In this document: piece by piece, positions 44,996 to 54,431 of the stretch
How the letters are laid out: each line of letters opens with the position of its first letter
Position numbering within the stretch: position 1 is the first letter of the stretch
Origin: Candidatus Amesbacteria bacterium GW2011_GWB1_47_19
GTDB lineage: Bacteria > Patescibacteriota > Microgenomatia > CAZETR01 > Amesbacteraceae
NCBI GenBank assembly: GCA_001002325.1
Contig: LCNZ01000003.1
Span: forward strand, 7,484-71,483
DNA: 64,000 nucleotides
Direction of reading: 5' to 3'
The notes under the pieces: generated by a model
The model's input: only the letters and a program-made list of their open reading frames with translations
Told to the model about the DNA's origin: nothing
Database searches by the model: none
Translations under genes and position numbers: made by a program

Positions 44996-45352
44996 CTAAA
45001 AGTATACATTCTGGAAATGTTTTATCAGCAATGCCTGTTCTTCATGATTTAATATCACCGCCACCATGTCTATCCTGCACGGTACCTCTTTACCTCCCAA
45101 ATACACCTGGGCCATCCGTTTTACCCGTTCATATTTTTTCCGGGTAAACATTTCCTCCGGCTGGCCGAAAAGCAGTCCTTTTTTGGTCTTAACCTCTACA
45201 AATACCAACACATCTTTATCCCTACATATCAAGTCAATTTCTCCATATCGGGTAGAATAATTGCGCAAAACCATCTCAAATCCTTTCTTAACCAATAATT
45301 CCGCCGCCGCATCCTCTCCTAATCTTCCGATTTGCCTATTGAATCTTCTCAT
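44996..45352 (-). CDS. yraN: YraN family endonuclease
   Basis: GRLGED.A, RN, GEIDLI, VFVEVK, RID. Confidence 0.92.
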   Translation of the reverse strand: MRRFNRQIGRLGEDAAAELLVKKGFEMVLRNYSTRYGEIDLICRDKDVLVFVEVKTKKGLLFGQPEEMFTRKKYERVKRMAQVYLGGKEVPCRIDMVAVILNHEEQALLIKHFQNVYF

Positions 45353-45369
45353 TTATTCCAGTATAGAAT

Positions 45370-45693
45370 ATGAATATGTCTAATGTAGGTTTTAACAAAA
45401 TTCAAGTCAAACAATTAAAGTCCCTTCTTAAAACTAACAATCCTAATTTAGAGACCTCAATAATTAAGCAGGTATCCTCCCATATCGCAGATGTTGTAGA
45501 CGCTCTCAGTCAGACTATCAGTGAAACCGAAACCAGGATCACCGAAAATTTTAGGCATGATACTAAGCACGAATCCAATAAACTTCGGGGGGATATTAAA
45601 AACCTCTCAACTACCATGGCTACTAAATACCAGGTCGATAACCACGAAAATCGTATTAAAGTGTTGGAAACAAAAGCATTCACTTCTGGTTAG
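45370..45693 (+). CDS. hypothetical coiled-coil protein
   Basis: heptad pattern ending HENRIKVLE; lies between yraN and comM on the opposite strand. Confidence 0.6.
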   Translation: MNMSNVGFNKIQVKQLKSLLKTNNPNLETSIIKQVSSHIADVVDALSQTISETETRITENFRHDTKHESNKLRGDIKNLSTTMATKYQVDNHENRIKVLETKAFTSG

Positions 45694-47258
45694 CCCACCT
45701 GTCTGTACTGCAGCGCCTCCGCCATATGCACGGGCAAGATGTCTTTCTCTCCCGCCAGATCGGCAATCGTCCGCGCTACCTTTATCAGCTTAAAATATGC
45801 CCTGGCGGACAAATCCCATTTCTCCACCGCCAGCCGCAAAATCCTTTCCGACTCCCCTGTCAGCGGGCAATATTTTCTAACCTGTTTATTTTTCATCTGG
45901 GAGTTGGTAAAGATGCTTTCATCTCTAAATCTCAAATCCTGAATTTTCCTCGAATCAATTACTTTTTTCCTCACCTCTTTGGAGCTTGAACCTAGACCTG
46001 CCTTGCCGGCAGGCAAGCTTGGACTTGAACTCAACTTATCCGTCTCCACCGCCGGCACCTGAACATGCAAATCAATCCTGTCCAGAATCGGACCGGACAT
46101 CCTGGCCCGGTATTTCCTGATCTGTTTGTCGCTGCACCGGCATTCCCGCCGGGGATGTCCCAAATACCCGCACGGGCAGGGATTGACAGCTGCCACCAAA
46201 GTAAAACTGGCCGGATAAGACACATGCGCCGCCGCCCTGACTATCTGCACCTGACCGTCCTCCATGGGCTGCCTCAAGCCTTCCAGAACCGACCGGGGAA
46301 ATTCCGGCATTTCATCCAGAAACAGCACCCCCAGATGTGCCAAAGACACCTCTCCCGGTAATGGATTGCTTCCCCCGCCGATCATCCCCGCTGCCGATAC
46401 TCCATGATGCGGACTTCGAAATGGTCTTCTCCTCACTAACGACTCACCCGGTTCCAATAGTCCCGCGACCGAGTACACCCGTGTCACTTCCAGCGCTTCA
46501 GCTGAATTTAATGACGGCAAAATTCCCGGCATTGCCCTGGCCAACATGGTCTTTCCCGTCCCCGGCGGACCCCACATCAACAAGTTGTGTCCTCCGGCTG
46601 CGGCTATGGATAGAGCGCGTTTTGCCTGTTCCTGCCCGGCAACCTCCGCCAGATCATACTCCACTCCCCCTTCTTCAACCAGCTCCTTGACTTCCACTTT
46701 ACCCAATTTCTTTATCTGCTTCACTTCATTCAGATGGTCCGTCAACTCTATTAAATTCCTCACCGGGTATACGGTTATTCCCTCCACCACCGCCGCCTCA
46801 TTCGCACTTTCAATCGGAACAAATATTTGAGTTTTGATTTTTGAATTTTGTGTTTGTTGGGCGAATAGCCCAACCAAAAGCACTCCCTTTGTTGCCCGCA
46901 AACTTCCATCCAGACTTAATTCACCATAAAATATGGTGTTTTTAAAATTGAAAAATGGTAATTGAAAATTTAGCTGTCCCGAGGCAGCGAGTATCCCCAC
47001 CGCCATCGGCAAATCGTATGCTCCCCCGTCCTTGGGTAAATCCGCCGGCGCTAGGTTTACGGTAATTTTCTTGGATGGAAAATCCATCCCCGAATTATTA
47101 ATCGCCGTCTTCACCCGCTCCCGGGCCTCCTCTACCGCCTTACCCGCCAGCCCGACTATGGTAAATCCCGGAAATCCGGCTTCCGCCACATCCACCTCCA
47201 CCTCCACCGGCATCGTCACCAACCCCACATTCGCCACACTCCTAACTTTTACCAGCAC
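45690..47258 (-). CDS. comM: YifB/ComM Mg-chelatase-like AAA+ ATPase
   Basis: VNLAPAD, GPPGTGKT, FRSPHH, LFLDE, NPCPCG, SGPILDRID. Confidence 0.94.
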   Translation of the reverse strand: MLVKVRSVANVGLVTMPVEVEVDVAEAGFPGFTIVGLAGKAVEEARERVKTAINNSGMDFPSKKITVNLAPADLPKDGGAYDLPMAVGILAASGQLNFQLPFFNFKNTIFYGELSLDGSLRATKGVLLVGLFAQQTQNSKIKTQIFVPIESANEAAVVEGITVYPVRNLIELTDHLNEVKQIKKLGKVEVKELVEEGGVEYDLAEVAGQEQAKRALSIAAAGGHNLLMWGPPGTGKTMLARAMPGILPSLNSAEALEVTRVYSVAGLLEPGESLVRRRPFRSPHHGVSAAGMIGGGSNPLPGEVSLAHLGVLFLDEMPEFPRSVLEGLRQPMEDGQVQIVRAAAHVSYPASFTLVAAVNPCPCGYLGHPRRECRCSDKQIRKYRARMSGPILDRIDLHVQVPAVETDKLSSSPSLPAGKAGLGSSSKEVRKKVIDSRKIQDLRFRDESIFTNSQMKNKQVRKYCPLTGESERILRLAVEKWDLSARAYFKLIKVARTIADLAGEKDILPVHMAEALQYRQVG

Positions 47259-47324
47259 TTTCTCTGTTTTAGAACAATTAGATCGGTCAGGTCAATCGTC
47301 TGATCCTTTACGGTACATCCGGCA

Positions 47325-48158
47325 TTACCCACCGATAAAATACTTCCCGTCTTTTTCTTTAATTTCCCCGGAAAGCGTCATCACTGACAGTTGCGCCCCC
47401 ATTTCATTTACCGAGCGCATCAATTTTCTAGCCAGTTCATCTACCGTCAACGTCTCATTCTCTAACAATCTGTAAATATCTGCATTCTTATCATCGCTTT
47501 TAGCATCATTAGTAGTTCGTTGACTCACCTGTTGCTCCGGCAACCACATCTGTGCCTTTTTCTCGGCAATTAACCGGTTTGTACCGTCAGATACTCTGCT
47601 TGTCACCGGTCCCGGCACCGCCCAGACTCTTTTCCCCAGCTTTATCGCCCATTCCACAGTTATCATGCTCCCGCTTTTAACCGCAGCTTCTACCACATAT
47701 ACTTCGTCCGCCAGAGCAGCCATAATCCTGTCCCGCTGCGGAAAAGTCCATAAAGTACCTGCCTGATCTTCCCATTCCGAAACAACCAACCCCCCTTTCT
47801 CAATAATTTCATTCATAATACTTAAATCTTCGGCCGTGATTCCTTTATAGTCGATTCCCCAGCCCAGCACAGCCACTGTCCTTCCCCCGCTGGCCATGCA
47901 CGCCCGGTGAGCCGCCTGATCCACCCCGTACATCATTCCCGATATCACTGTCGCTCCCCCGTTTACCAGTTGCGGCACAATTTTGTCAACCACTCTCCTC
48001 CCGTACTCCGTTATCCTCCGGCTTCCCACAACCGCTGCCGCGTGATCAAACCAGCTTTCATCCCAGCCGTCTTTTCCCCGCCAAAACAGCTTTTTAACCG
48101 CCGGTTTAACTGCTGAAAAATTCGGTATTTTCGTTGCATCTACCACCCCCTGCTTCAT
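47325..48158 (-). CDS. dprA: DNA-protecting protein DprA
   Basis: AVVGSR, ISG..YGVD.AAH, FPQRDRI, VVEA..KSGS.IT, C-terminal winged helix. Confidence 0.93.
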   Translation of the reverse strand: MKQGVVDATKIPNFSAVKPAVKKLFWRGKDGWDESWFDHAAAVVGSRRITEYGRRVVDKIVPQLVNGGATVISGMMYGVDQAAHRACMASGGRTVAVLGWGIDYKGITAEDLSIMNEIIEKGGLVVSEWEDQAGTLWTFPQRDRIMAALADEVYVVEAAVKSGSMITVEWAIKLGKRVWAVPGPVTSRVSDGTNRLIAEKKAQMWLPEQQVSQRTTNDAKSDDKNADIYRLLENETLTVDELARKLMRSVNEMGAQLSVMTLSGEIKEKDGKYFIGG

Positions 48159-48204
48159 ACTTCTAGTCTATCATCACCTAATCTTGTATAATCTTGAGGT
48201 CGAT

Positions 48205-49047
48205 ATGGGCAAAAAACGCATCACCGTTATCGGTTCATCGCAGGAGCAGGAAATCAAATCCAGGCGGGCTATCCAGCTGGAGCAGAAAAAAATCCGCGAA
48301 GGCAAAAAAAGCGTAAAAGCCCCGGGTCTCGCCGGGGGCCAGCGAGTGGTAGACACCACAGCTGAATCTTTGGCGGAATACGAAATAATAGAAGCCAAAA
48401 GACAGGCTGCCGAAGCCCTGGTTTCCACCAAAGCCGCTCCGGCTCCCAAAAAAGCCCGTACCAGGTCTGCTACCTACGCTAAAGCCAAGTCTTTGGTTGA
48501 TCCTCTCAAATCTTATCCCCTATCGGATGCACTCAAGCTCCTGCGGACTGTTTCCTTGACCAAATTTGACGGCACGGTTGAACTTCACCTCACCACCAAA
48601 ACCAAAAACCAGTCTCATACGGTGGAACTTCCATTTTCTCCCGGAAAAACCAGAAAAATCGGCATCGTGGATGAAAAATTCATTTCCAATCTCGATTCGG
48701 GAAACATAGACCTGAACTTCGACTTGCTTCTTGTTTCTCCTGACTTGATGCCCAAACTGGTGAAATTCGCCAAAATCCTGGGTCCCAAAGGTCTGATGCC
48801 CAACCCCAAAACCGGCACCATCGTAGCCGACCCTGCAGCTGCTGCCAAAAAACTGGCCGGGGGTAACTCCCTGCAGCTCAAAAGCGAAAAAGACGCCCCG
48901 GTCATCCACACTTTCGTCGGCAAACTCTCCCAAAAGGACCCGGAATTGGAAGCCAACATTTCCGCCGTTCTGTCCGTACTCCCCGTCACCAAAGCCGTCC
49001 TCAAGAGTACGATGTCCCCCGTTATAAAACTGCAAATGAACGCTTGA
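48205..49047 (+). CDS. rplA: 50S ribosomal protein L1 with N-terminal extension
   Basis: KFDGTVELH, LGPKGLMPNPKTGT, KSTMSP. Confidence 0.93.
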   Translation: MGKKRITVIGSSQEQEIKSRRAIQLEQKKIREGKKSVKAPGLAGGQRVVDTTAESLAEYEIIEAKRQAAEALVSTKAAPAPKKARTRSATYAKAKSLVDPLKSYPLSDALKLLRTVSLTKFDGTVELHLTTKTKNQSHTVELPFSPGKTRKIGIVDEKFISNLDSGNIDLNFDLLLVSPDLMPKLVKFAKILGPKGLMPNPKTGTIVADPAAAAKKLAGGNSLQLKSEKDAPVIHTFVGKLSQKDPELEANISAVLSVLPVTKAVLKSTMSPVIKLQMNA

Positions 49048-49083
49048 CTTAATACTGCAACTTCTATAGGATGAATTCCCAGA

Positions 49084-50346
49084 ATGGGCAGACACGAAGC
49101 TCCTCTGGACGGACAACATCCAGGCTCTCTCTCCAACACCCATCAGCCTGAATCTTATCAACCCATCCTCTGTGCTGATTCAATTTTTTTCAAAGTCGCC
49201 CCCGAGGTTGAGCGGATTGCAGACCATCTTCCGGGTTTAATCACCTCCCAAACCAAGGATGTTGTTTCACGAAATCCTCCCGAACTGGCTCATCTGTCCG
49301 GACGGGAATCAACTCCTACATTAATATTAAAATCGACCTTGAACCTACCGGATTGGCCTGTAAAAGTCCCGTCGCCGGTCATATTCGCCTGCGGATCCGC
49401 CGAAAGTGCCGCTGTCACCATCGGGAGATACCACTTTGATTCTGACAATATCCTGACCTTCCAGCCCGCCCGGTTACATACGGGTCCGGATGCCCAAAGA
49501 GACCTCGCTGCAAGTATGTGGCAGGCGTGGCAGCACCCGGAGATTATATCCAGACTTGCTGGTGATGACCAAACATTTATCATCTATCTCACCAGGGAAG
49601 GCCATATACCCCAGGTCCAGGTTCCCCTGTGGGATCATTACTCCAGGATTGACCCCTATACCATTGCTCATGTCGAGCATGCACCCTACGACAATCCGTT
49701 TGGCAGAGTTACAAAAATTTGTCCAATTAATTATGAAGGGCTCACACCTGCAGTAACCGATTTGATTGCCGGCGATTCCATTGCCTCCGGAGAACAGGCT
49801 GTTGCAGTGTTCGAGCTGTTCCTCAGTCGCATGAAACAGCTGTGCGGGCCGGACTATCATTTACGCCATTTGGTCCTGGTCTCACCGCTCCTCACCGCAT
49901 ACGGAGCGGCTGTTGTAGGTTTAAGTGCAGCCCGATCCGGAATCCAGACAACGTTTGTCACCTCCGAAACTATACTGGGCTGCTTACCCCCGGACAGATA
50001 CTATTCACCGGTTCTGGCCCAACCACATCTCCATGCCTCCCCGGAATTTATTCCCCTTCTCCGTGCTGCTCTGGGTACCGGCTTTGAAAAAATCTGCGTC
50101 AGGGGTAACTGGACAGCTTCGTTTGCAGCTGTTTCCCATGCCCTGACGAAATCCAACGAAGAATTGGCACCATTGGGGCTGTCAAATTCTTTTCTGGAAC
50201 GCCAATGCGTAAATTTAACTCCCCGGTCTGTATGGGAACGGTACCGCATTCCTCCGGAGCGGCTTCTGCCCTACTCAACCTGGTACGAAGCCTACCGCAC
50301 CGACAGGCTTGACCAGCTAAAACAACTCCTCACTATTGCCAATTGA
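49084..50346 (+). CDS. hypothetical protein, possible phosphoribosyltransferase fold
   Basis: YLTREG and LIAGDSIASG resemble UPRT-type motifs; otherwise unrecognised. Confidence 0.6.
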   Translation: MGRHEAPLDGQHPGSLSNTHQPESYQPILCADSIFFKVAPEVERIADHLPGLITSQTKDVVSRNPPELAHLSGRESTPTLILKSTLNLPDWPVKVPSPVIFACGSAESAAVTIGRYHFDSDNILTFQPARLHTGPDAQRDLAASMWQAWQHPEIISRLAGDDQTFIIYLTREGHIPQVQVPLWDHYSRIDPYTIAHVEHAPYDNPFGRVTKICPINYEGLTPAVTDLIAGDSIASGEQAVAVFELFLSRMKQLCGPDYHLRHLVLVSPLLTAYGAAVVGLSAARSGIQTTFVTSETILGCLPPDRYYSPVLAQPHLHASPEFIPLLRAALGTGFEKICVRGNWTASFAAVSHALTKSNEELAPLGLSNSFLERQCVNLTPRSVWERYRIPPERLLPYSTWYEAYRTDRLDQLKQLLTIAN

Positions 50347-50370
50347 CCAAAGTTTATTTACAATACCCAG

Positions 50371-50424
50371 GTTACCCGAAGACAGCTGGTTTTCGCGTAG
50401 GCGACATAAATCCCGCCGAGGAAC
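50371..50424 (+). promoter_or_regulatory. L10 leader RNA
   Basis: CCGAAGACAGCTGG...TAAATCCCGCCGAGG immediately 5' of rplJ, matching the L10-leader pattern. Confidence 0.7.
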
Positions 50425-50426
50425 AT

Positions 50427-50939
50427 ATGACACCCAAAAAGGTTAATCCCGCTAAAACTTCCGTTATCTCCCGGCTCTCGGACCTGATCAAATCCTCCAA
50501 ATCTGTGGCGATTGTAGATTACCAAGGCCTCAAAGTCTCCCAGGCCACGCAACTCCGCCAGGCAGTCAGACTTGCCGGCGGACAATTTGTAGTTGCCAAA
50601 AACACCCTTTTCAAAATCGCTTCCGGGATCAAAGATCTCGATCTGTCAGGTACTTCCGCCTTTGTTTTTTCCAAAACGGATGAAATCTCCGCCCTCAAAG
50701 CAGTGGCCGGTTTTGCCAAAAAGAATAATCTTCCCACTTTCAAACAGGGGCTGATGGGAGACAGAGTCTTGACCGCTGAAGAAATTAGCATTTTGGCCGC
50801 ACTTCCCGACCGGAATACTCAATACTCCCAACTTGTATCCCGCCTTAATTCTCCCATTTCCAAACTTGTTTACAGCCTCAACTGGAATATATCCAAATTA
50901 GTCCGTACTCTGGATGCTGTCAGGGAGGTGAAATCATAA
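50427..50939 (+). CDS. rplJ: 50S ribosomal protein L10
   Basis: DYQGL.V, LR, V.KNTL, LAALP. Confidence 0.94.
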   Translation: MTPKKVNPAKTSVISRLSDLIKSSKSVAIVDYQGLKVSQATQLRQAVRLAGGQFVVAKNTLFKIASGIKDLDLSGTSAFVFSKTDEISALKAVAGFAKKNNLPTFKQGLMGDRVLTAEEISILAALPDRNTQYSQLVSRLNSPISKLVYSLNWNISKLVRTLDAVREVKS

Positions 50940-51332
50940 ATGTCTACCACAACCGACAAACTGATCAAACAAATTGAGGAATTATCCGTTTTGGAGTTGA
51001 CGGAACTGGTTAAAGCTCTCGAGGACAAATTCGGGGTCACCGCATCTGCCCCTGCTGTAGTTTCCGCTTCAGCGGGTAGTGGAACGGATACCGCTTCCGA
51101 TGAAGCTCCGGAAGAACAATCCAGTTTCACAGTCTTACTCAAGGACGGAGGTACAAACAAAATCGCCGTCATTAAAGCTCTTCGGGAATTAAATCCCAAC
51201 CTGGGACTTAAAGAAGCCAAAGATCTTTCGGAAAAACCGGGAGCTGTCATCGCCGAAAACGTCAACAAAGGTGCCGCTGAAGAAGCCAAAACCAAACTCA
51301 CAGTCGCCGGTGCCGCTGTCGAACTTAAATAA
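50940..51332 (+). CDS. rplL: 50S ribosomal protein L7/L12
   Basis: ELVKALEDKFGV, KIAVIK, LGLKEAK. Confidence 0.96.
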   Translation: MSTTTDKLIKQIEELSVLELTELVKALEDKFGVTASAPAVVSASAGSGTDTASDEAPEEQSSFTVLLKDGGTNKIAVIKALRELNPNLGLKEAKDLSEKPGAVIAENVNKGAAEEAKTKLTVAGAAVELK

Positions 51333-51337
51333 TCCGA

Positions 51338-52342
51338 TTACCTTTTAGTAATCGATTTCTTATAGAGGTCAAGGTTTTCTATCGCTACCCCCGTCCCCCG
51401 GACGACACAAAGTAGCGGTTCCTCAGCCACGTGACACGGCACACCTGTCAGGTCCGTCATCAACCGGTCCAGGTTGCGCAGAAGCGACGTGCCCCCGCTC
51501 ATAACTATCCCTTTGTCAATAATATCCGATGCCAGTTCCGGAGGTGTTTCCTCCAATACCCCCTTTGCCGCTCCAACAATCTGTATCAATACCGGTCGTA
51601 TTGATTCAGTTACTTCATTAGAAGTAACCGGCACAGCTTTTGGTAAACCCGTCACCGTATCCCGCCCTTTGACCTCGATTGTCTCCGGCTGTGGCAAGAT
51701 GGTTGCCGAACCTATTCTCAACTTCACATCCTCGGCTGTCGTTTCCCCCACCAATAAGTTGTGTTTGCGCTTCAAAAAACCGGCTATTGCCTCATCGATC
51801 TTGTTACCGGCAATCCGAACACTTTTATGCACTACCACACCCCCCAGGGAAATCACCGCCGCCTCCGCTGACCCGCCGCCGATATCAATTATCATGCTTC
51901 CCGAAGCCGCCGCTATCGGAATCCTGGCTCCGATGGCGGCCGCCAACGGTTCATCTATCAGATATGCTACTCTTGCCCCGGCCGAAAGTGTGGCGTCCAG
52001 TACCGCCCTTCTTTCCACCTGCGTCACACCGGCCGGTACGCAGATCATCACCTCCGGCTTGAGTACCACCACCCTGCCGCAGACCCGGCGTATAAAATAC
52101 GATAGCATCGCCTCAGTCACCCGGTAATCGGCGATTACTCCGTCACGCATGGGCCGTGAAGCCATAATGTTTCCCGGAGTTCGTCCCAGCATCTCCTTTG
52201 CCTCATTACCGACAGCTACCACCCTGCCGTCGTCCCGGGTAATCGCTACTACCGTCGGTTCATTCATGACCAATCCTTTAACCGCCAGCCAAACCAAACT
52301 GTTAGCCGTTCCCAAATCTATTGCAATCCTTTTCCGCATCAT
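51338..52342 (-). CDS. mreB: rod shape-determining protein MreB/Mbl (paralog 2)
   Basis: AIDLGTAN, EPLAAAIG, DIGGG, TPPELASD. Confidence 0.95.
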   Translation of the reverse strand: MMRKRIAIDLGTANSLVWLAVKGLVMNEPTVVAITRDDGRVVAVGNEAKEMLGRTPGNIMASRPMRDGVIADYRVTEAMLSYFIRRVCGRVVVLKPEVMICVPAGVTQVERRAVLDATLSAGARVAYLIDEPLAAAIGARIPIAAASGSMIIDIGGGSAEAAVISLGGVVVHKSVRIAGNKIDEAIAGFLKRKHNLLVGETTAEDVKLRIGSATILPQPETIEVKGRDTVTGLPKAVPVTSNEVTESIRPVLIQIVGAAKGVLEETPPELASDIIDKGIVMSGGTSLLRNLDRLMTDLTGVPCHVAEEPLLCVVRGTGVAIENLDLYKKSITKR

Positions 52343-52383
52343 GGTACGACAGAGATTATAACTGATGTTAAAATCTACTGGCT

Positions 52384-53610
52384 ATGCCGGCTACTACGCG
52401 TCGCCTCCTGCTTTTTCTCACCAGCCTCATTTTCGTTCCTATATCCACAGTGCTGGTCATATTCTTCGCCCGCGGTTACCGCCCGGACTTCTCCACAGGC
52501 CAGATCCAACCTACAGGTATCCTCGTAGCCCACTCTTACCCGGACGGAGCTCAGGTCTACGTCAATAGCCAACTAAAATCAGCCACCAATACCACCCTTA
52601 ACCTCCCTCCCGGTCTGTATCAGGTTGAGATCAGAAAAGATGGTTTTTTTACCTGGAAAAAAAATGTGACTATCGAGGCGGAAATCGTCACCCGGTCAAC
52701 CGCCGTCCTCTTTCCCACCGTCCCCACTCTAAAAGCTGTCACCACTAGCGGTGCTACCGGGGTCACCGCCTCTCCTGATGACACCAGAGTTGTGTTCCTC
52801 CGTCGCGGTGTAAACCAAACTCAACTTTACATACTGGATATAACCGAATCACCCCTGGGGTTGATCAGCCGCGAAGCCCGCCTTCTCACCAATTTACCAA
52901 ATTCCGAAATAAAAACTGAGAACTATGAACTCCGTTGGTCGCCCGATTCCCGCCAGATTTTTATTACACCGGGAAACTACCTCATCACCATTTCGGATTC
53001 TCAGACAACCCCCATTACTGCTAACGCCGGCATAGTTCTGAACGACTGGAATCAAAGGCAAAAAAACCGAGAGGCGGACAGGTTGAACTCCCTTCAGCCG
53101 GTCCTCCGGAATATTTTAGCCACCGCTTCAGCCAGCCTTTCATGGTCCCCCCGGGAAAATAAGCTGTTATACACCGCTACTGCCTCAGCTTCACTATCGG
53201 AAAGTATCAAAAGGCCTCTTCCCGGGTCAAGTACTCAGCCCCAAAACCGTCTCTTAAACCCCGGCGGGGTATATGTATATGATATTGAAGAAGACCGCAA
53301 CTTCCTCATTGATACTATTATCTTGCCCCCGCCTTCAGCAAAAACCAAAAAACCGATATTGTCAGAAATTTCCAACAATGGTTGGTTCTGGTTTCCCACC
53401 TCGTCCCACCTGGTAAAAGTTACTACCGGAAAAGTTACAATTATTGAATACGACGGCCAAAACCCGACTGAAGTCTATGCTGGTCCTCTTTATGAAAATA
53501 CGGCAATCCCCTATCCGTCCGCTAAACAGCTGTTGATTCTCACCGATCTCACCACCACCCCCACCATGGCGACTGCCTCTGCTAACCTCTACGCTGTCAA
53601 CCTCAGGTAA
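52384..53610 (+). CDS. PEGA domain membrane-anchored protein with beta-propeller-like region
   Basis: TG.L..HSYPDGA.VYVN, L.PG.Y.V.I.KDG; WSP repeats. Confidence 0.85.
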   Translation: MPATTRRLLLFLTSLIFVPISTVLVIFFARGYRPDFSTGQIQPTGILVAHSYPDGAQVYVNSQLKSATNTTLNLPPGLYQVEIRKDGFFTWKKNVTIEAEIVTRSTAVLFPTVPTLKAVTTSGATGVTASPDDTRVVFLRRGVNQTQLYILDITESPLGLISREARLLTNLPNSEIKTENYELRWSPDSRQIFITPGNYLITISDSQTTPITANAGIVLNDWNQRQKNREADRLNSLQPVLRNILATASASLSWSPRENKLLYTATASASLSESIKRPLPGSSTQPQNRLLNPGGVYVYDIEEDRNFLIDTIILPPPSAKTKKPILSEISNNGWFWFPTSSHLVKVTTGKVTIIEYDGQNPTEVYAGPLYENTAIPYPSAKQLLILTDLTTTPTMATASANLYAVNLR

Positions 53611-53615
53611 AGCTG

Positions 53616-53687
53616 TGATCCCGGTAGGAGTCGAACCTACATCTGAGGTTTAGGAAACCCCTGCTCTGTCCGTTGAGCTACGGGACC
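53616..53687 (-). tRNA. tRNA-Arg(CCT)
   Basis: minus strand GGTCCCG...GGGGT-TT CCT AA-ACCTC...GTAGGTTCGACTCCTAC CGGGATC. Confidence 0.95.
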
Positions 53688-53741
53688 GCACCCTTTCAAT
53701 TGTATCCCAACCGTCTAAAATTAGGTTAAAATATGCCATGA

Positions 53742-53813
53742 CGGGGTGTGGTGCATCGGTAGCACGCCAAGTTCGGGACTTGGAGGCACGGGGTTCAATT
53801 CCCCGCACCCCGA
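53742..53813 (+). tRNA. tRNA-Pro(CGG)
   Basis: CGGGGTG/CACCCCG, CCAAG-TT CGG GA-CTTGG. Confidence 0.95.
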
Positions 53814-54116
53814 CTAACGACCTCTGCTCCCTCGCTGAAAATCACCTCTGGAACGATCGTCTCTGGGGGCTTGAGGGCGTGCCTCATTCACCACCACCGT
53901 CCGTCCGTCCAGGGTCTGTCCGTTCAAGGTAGAAATCGCTTTTTTGGCTTCTTCGTCGCTAGACATTTCTACAAAACCGAATCCCCGGGATTTCCCCGAA
54001 AACCGGTCCATAACCACCGACGCAGAAACTACATTTCCGGTACCGGAAAAGAAATTTCTTAAGCCTTCATCGGTGGTATCCCACGACAAACCGCCTACAA
54101 AAAGTTTTATTGCTAT
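53814..54116 (-). CDS. RRM RNA-binding protein, probable ATA start
   Basis: KLFVGGL (RNP2) and RGFGFVEM (RNP1); SD GGAGGTGA 6 nt before ATA at 54116. Confidence 0.9.
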   Translation of the reverse strand: MAIKLFVGGLSWDTTDEGLRNFFSGTGNVVSASVVMDRFSGKSRGFGFVEMSSDEEAKKAISTLNGQTLDGRTVVVNEARPQAPRDDRSRGDFQRGSRGR

Positions 54117-54431
54117 ATTAACTCACCTCCCATCAATCACATTAAACAAAATCTCCACCCACTGTTACAAACTGTTTAAACATCCCTAACAGGCCTTTTA
54201 ATCCTCCATTTACTACAGGACCTTCCACCGAAATTACCGGAGTTACATTTTCCTCTTTCTGAACAACATCCGCCCCCTTTAAACTGTTACTGTTACCGGG
54301 AGTTACGGTTAGTTTTACTCTTGCAGAAGCCACACATCTATAGAACCACTTTTCCCCAACCCTGTCAATAGCCATTTGAAGCTATTGTACACAATCTGTC
54401 CCCAAAAAGATTAGTAAATATCTTATAATCC

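Noticed and set aside
51338-52342. Second mreB as a novel duplication
   Set aside because: Multiple MreB paralogs are common and both copies look conventional.
53616-53813. Cassette arrays at tRNA-Arg, tRNA-Pro or the Thr/Tyr tRNAs
   Set aside because: Their 3' ends are followed closely by single genes or other tRNAs, and I found no repeated att-like motif beside them.
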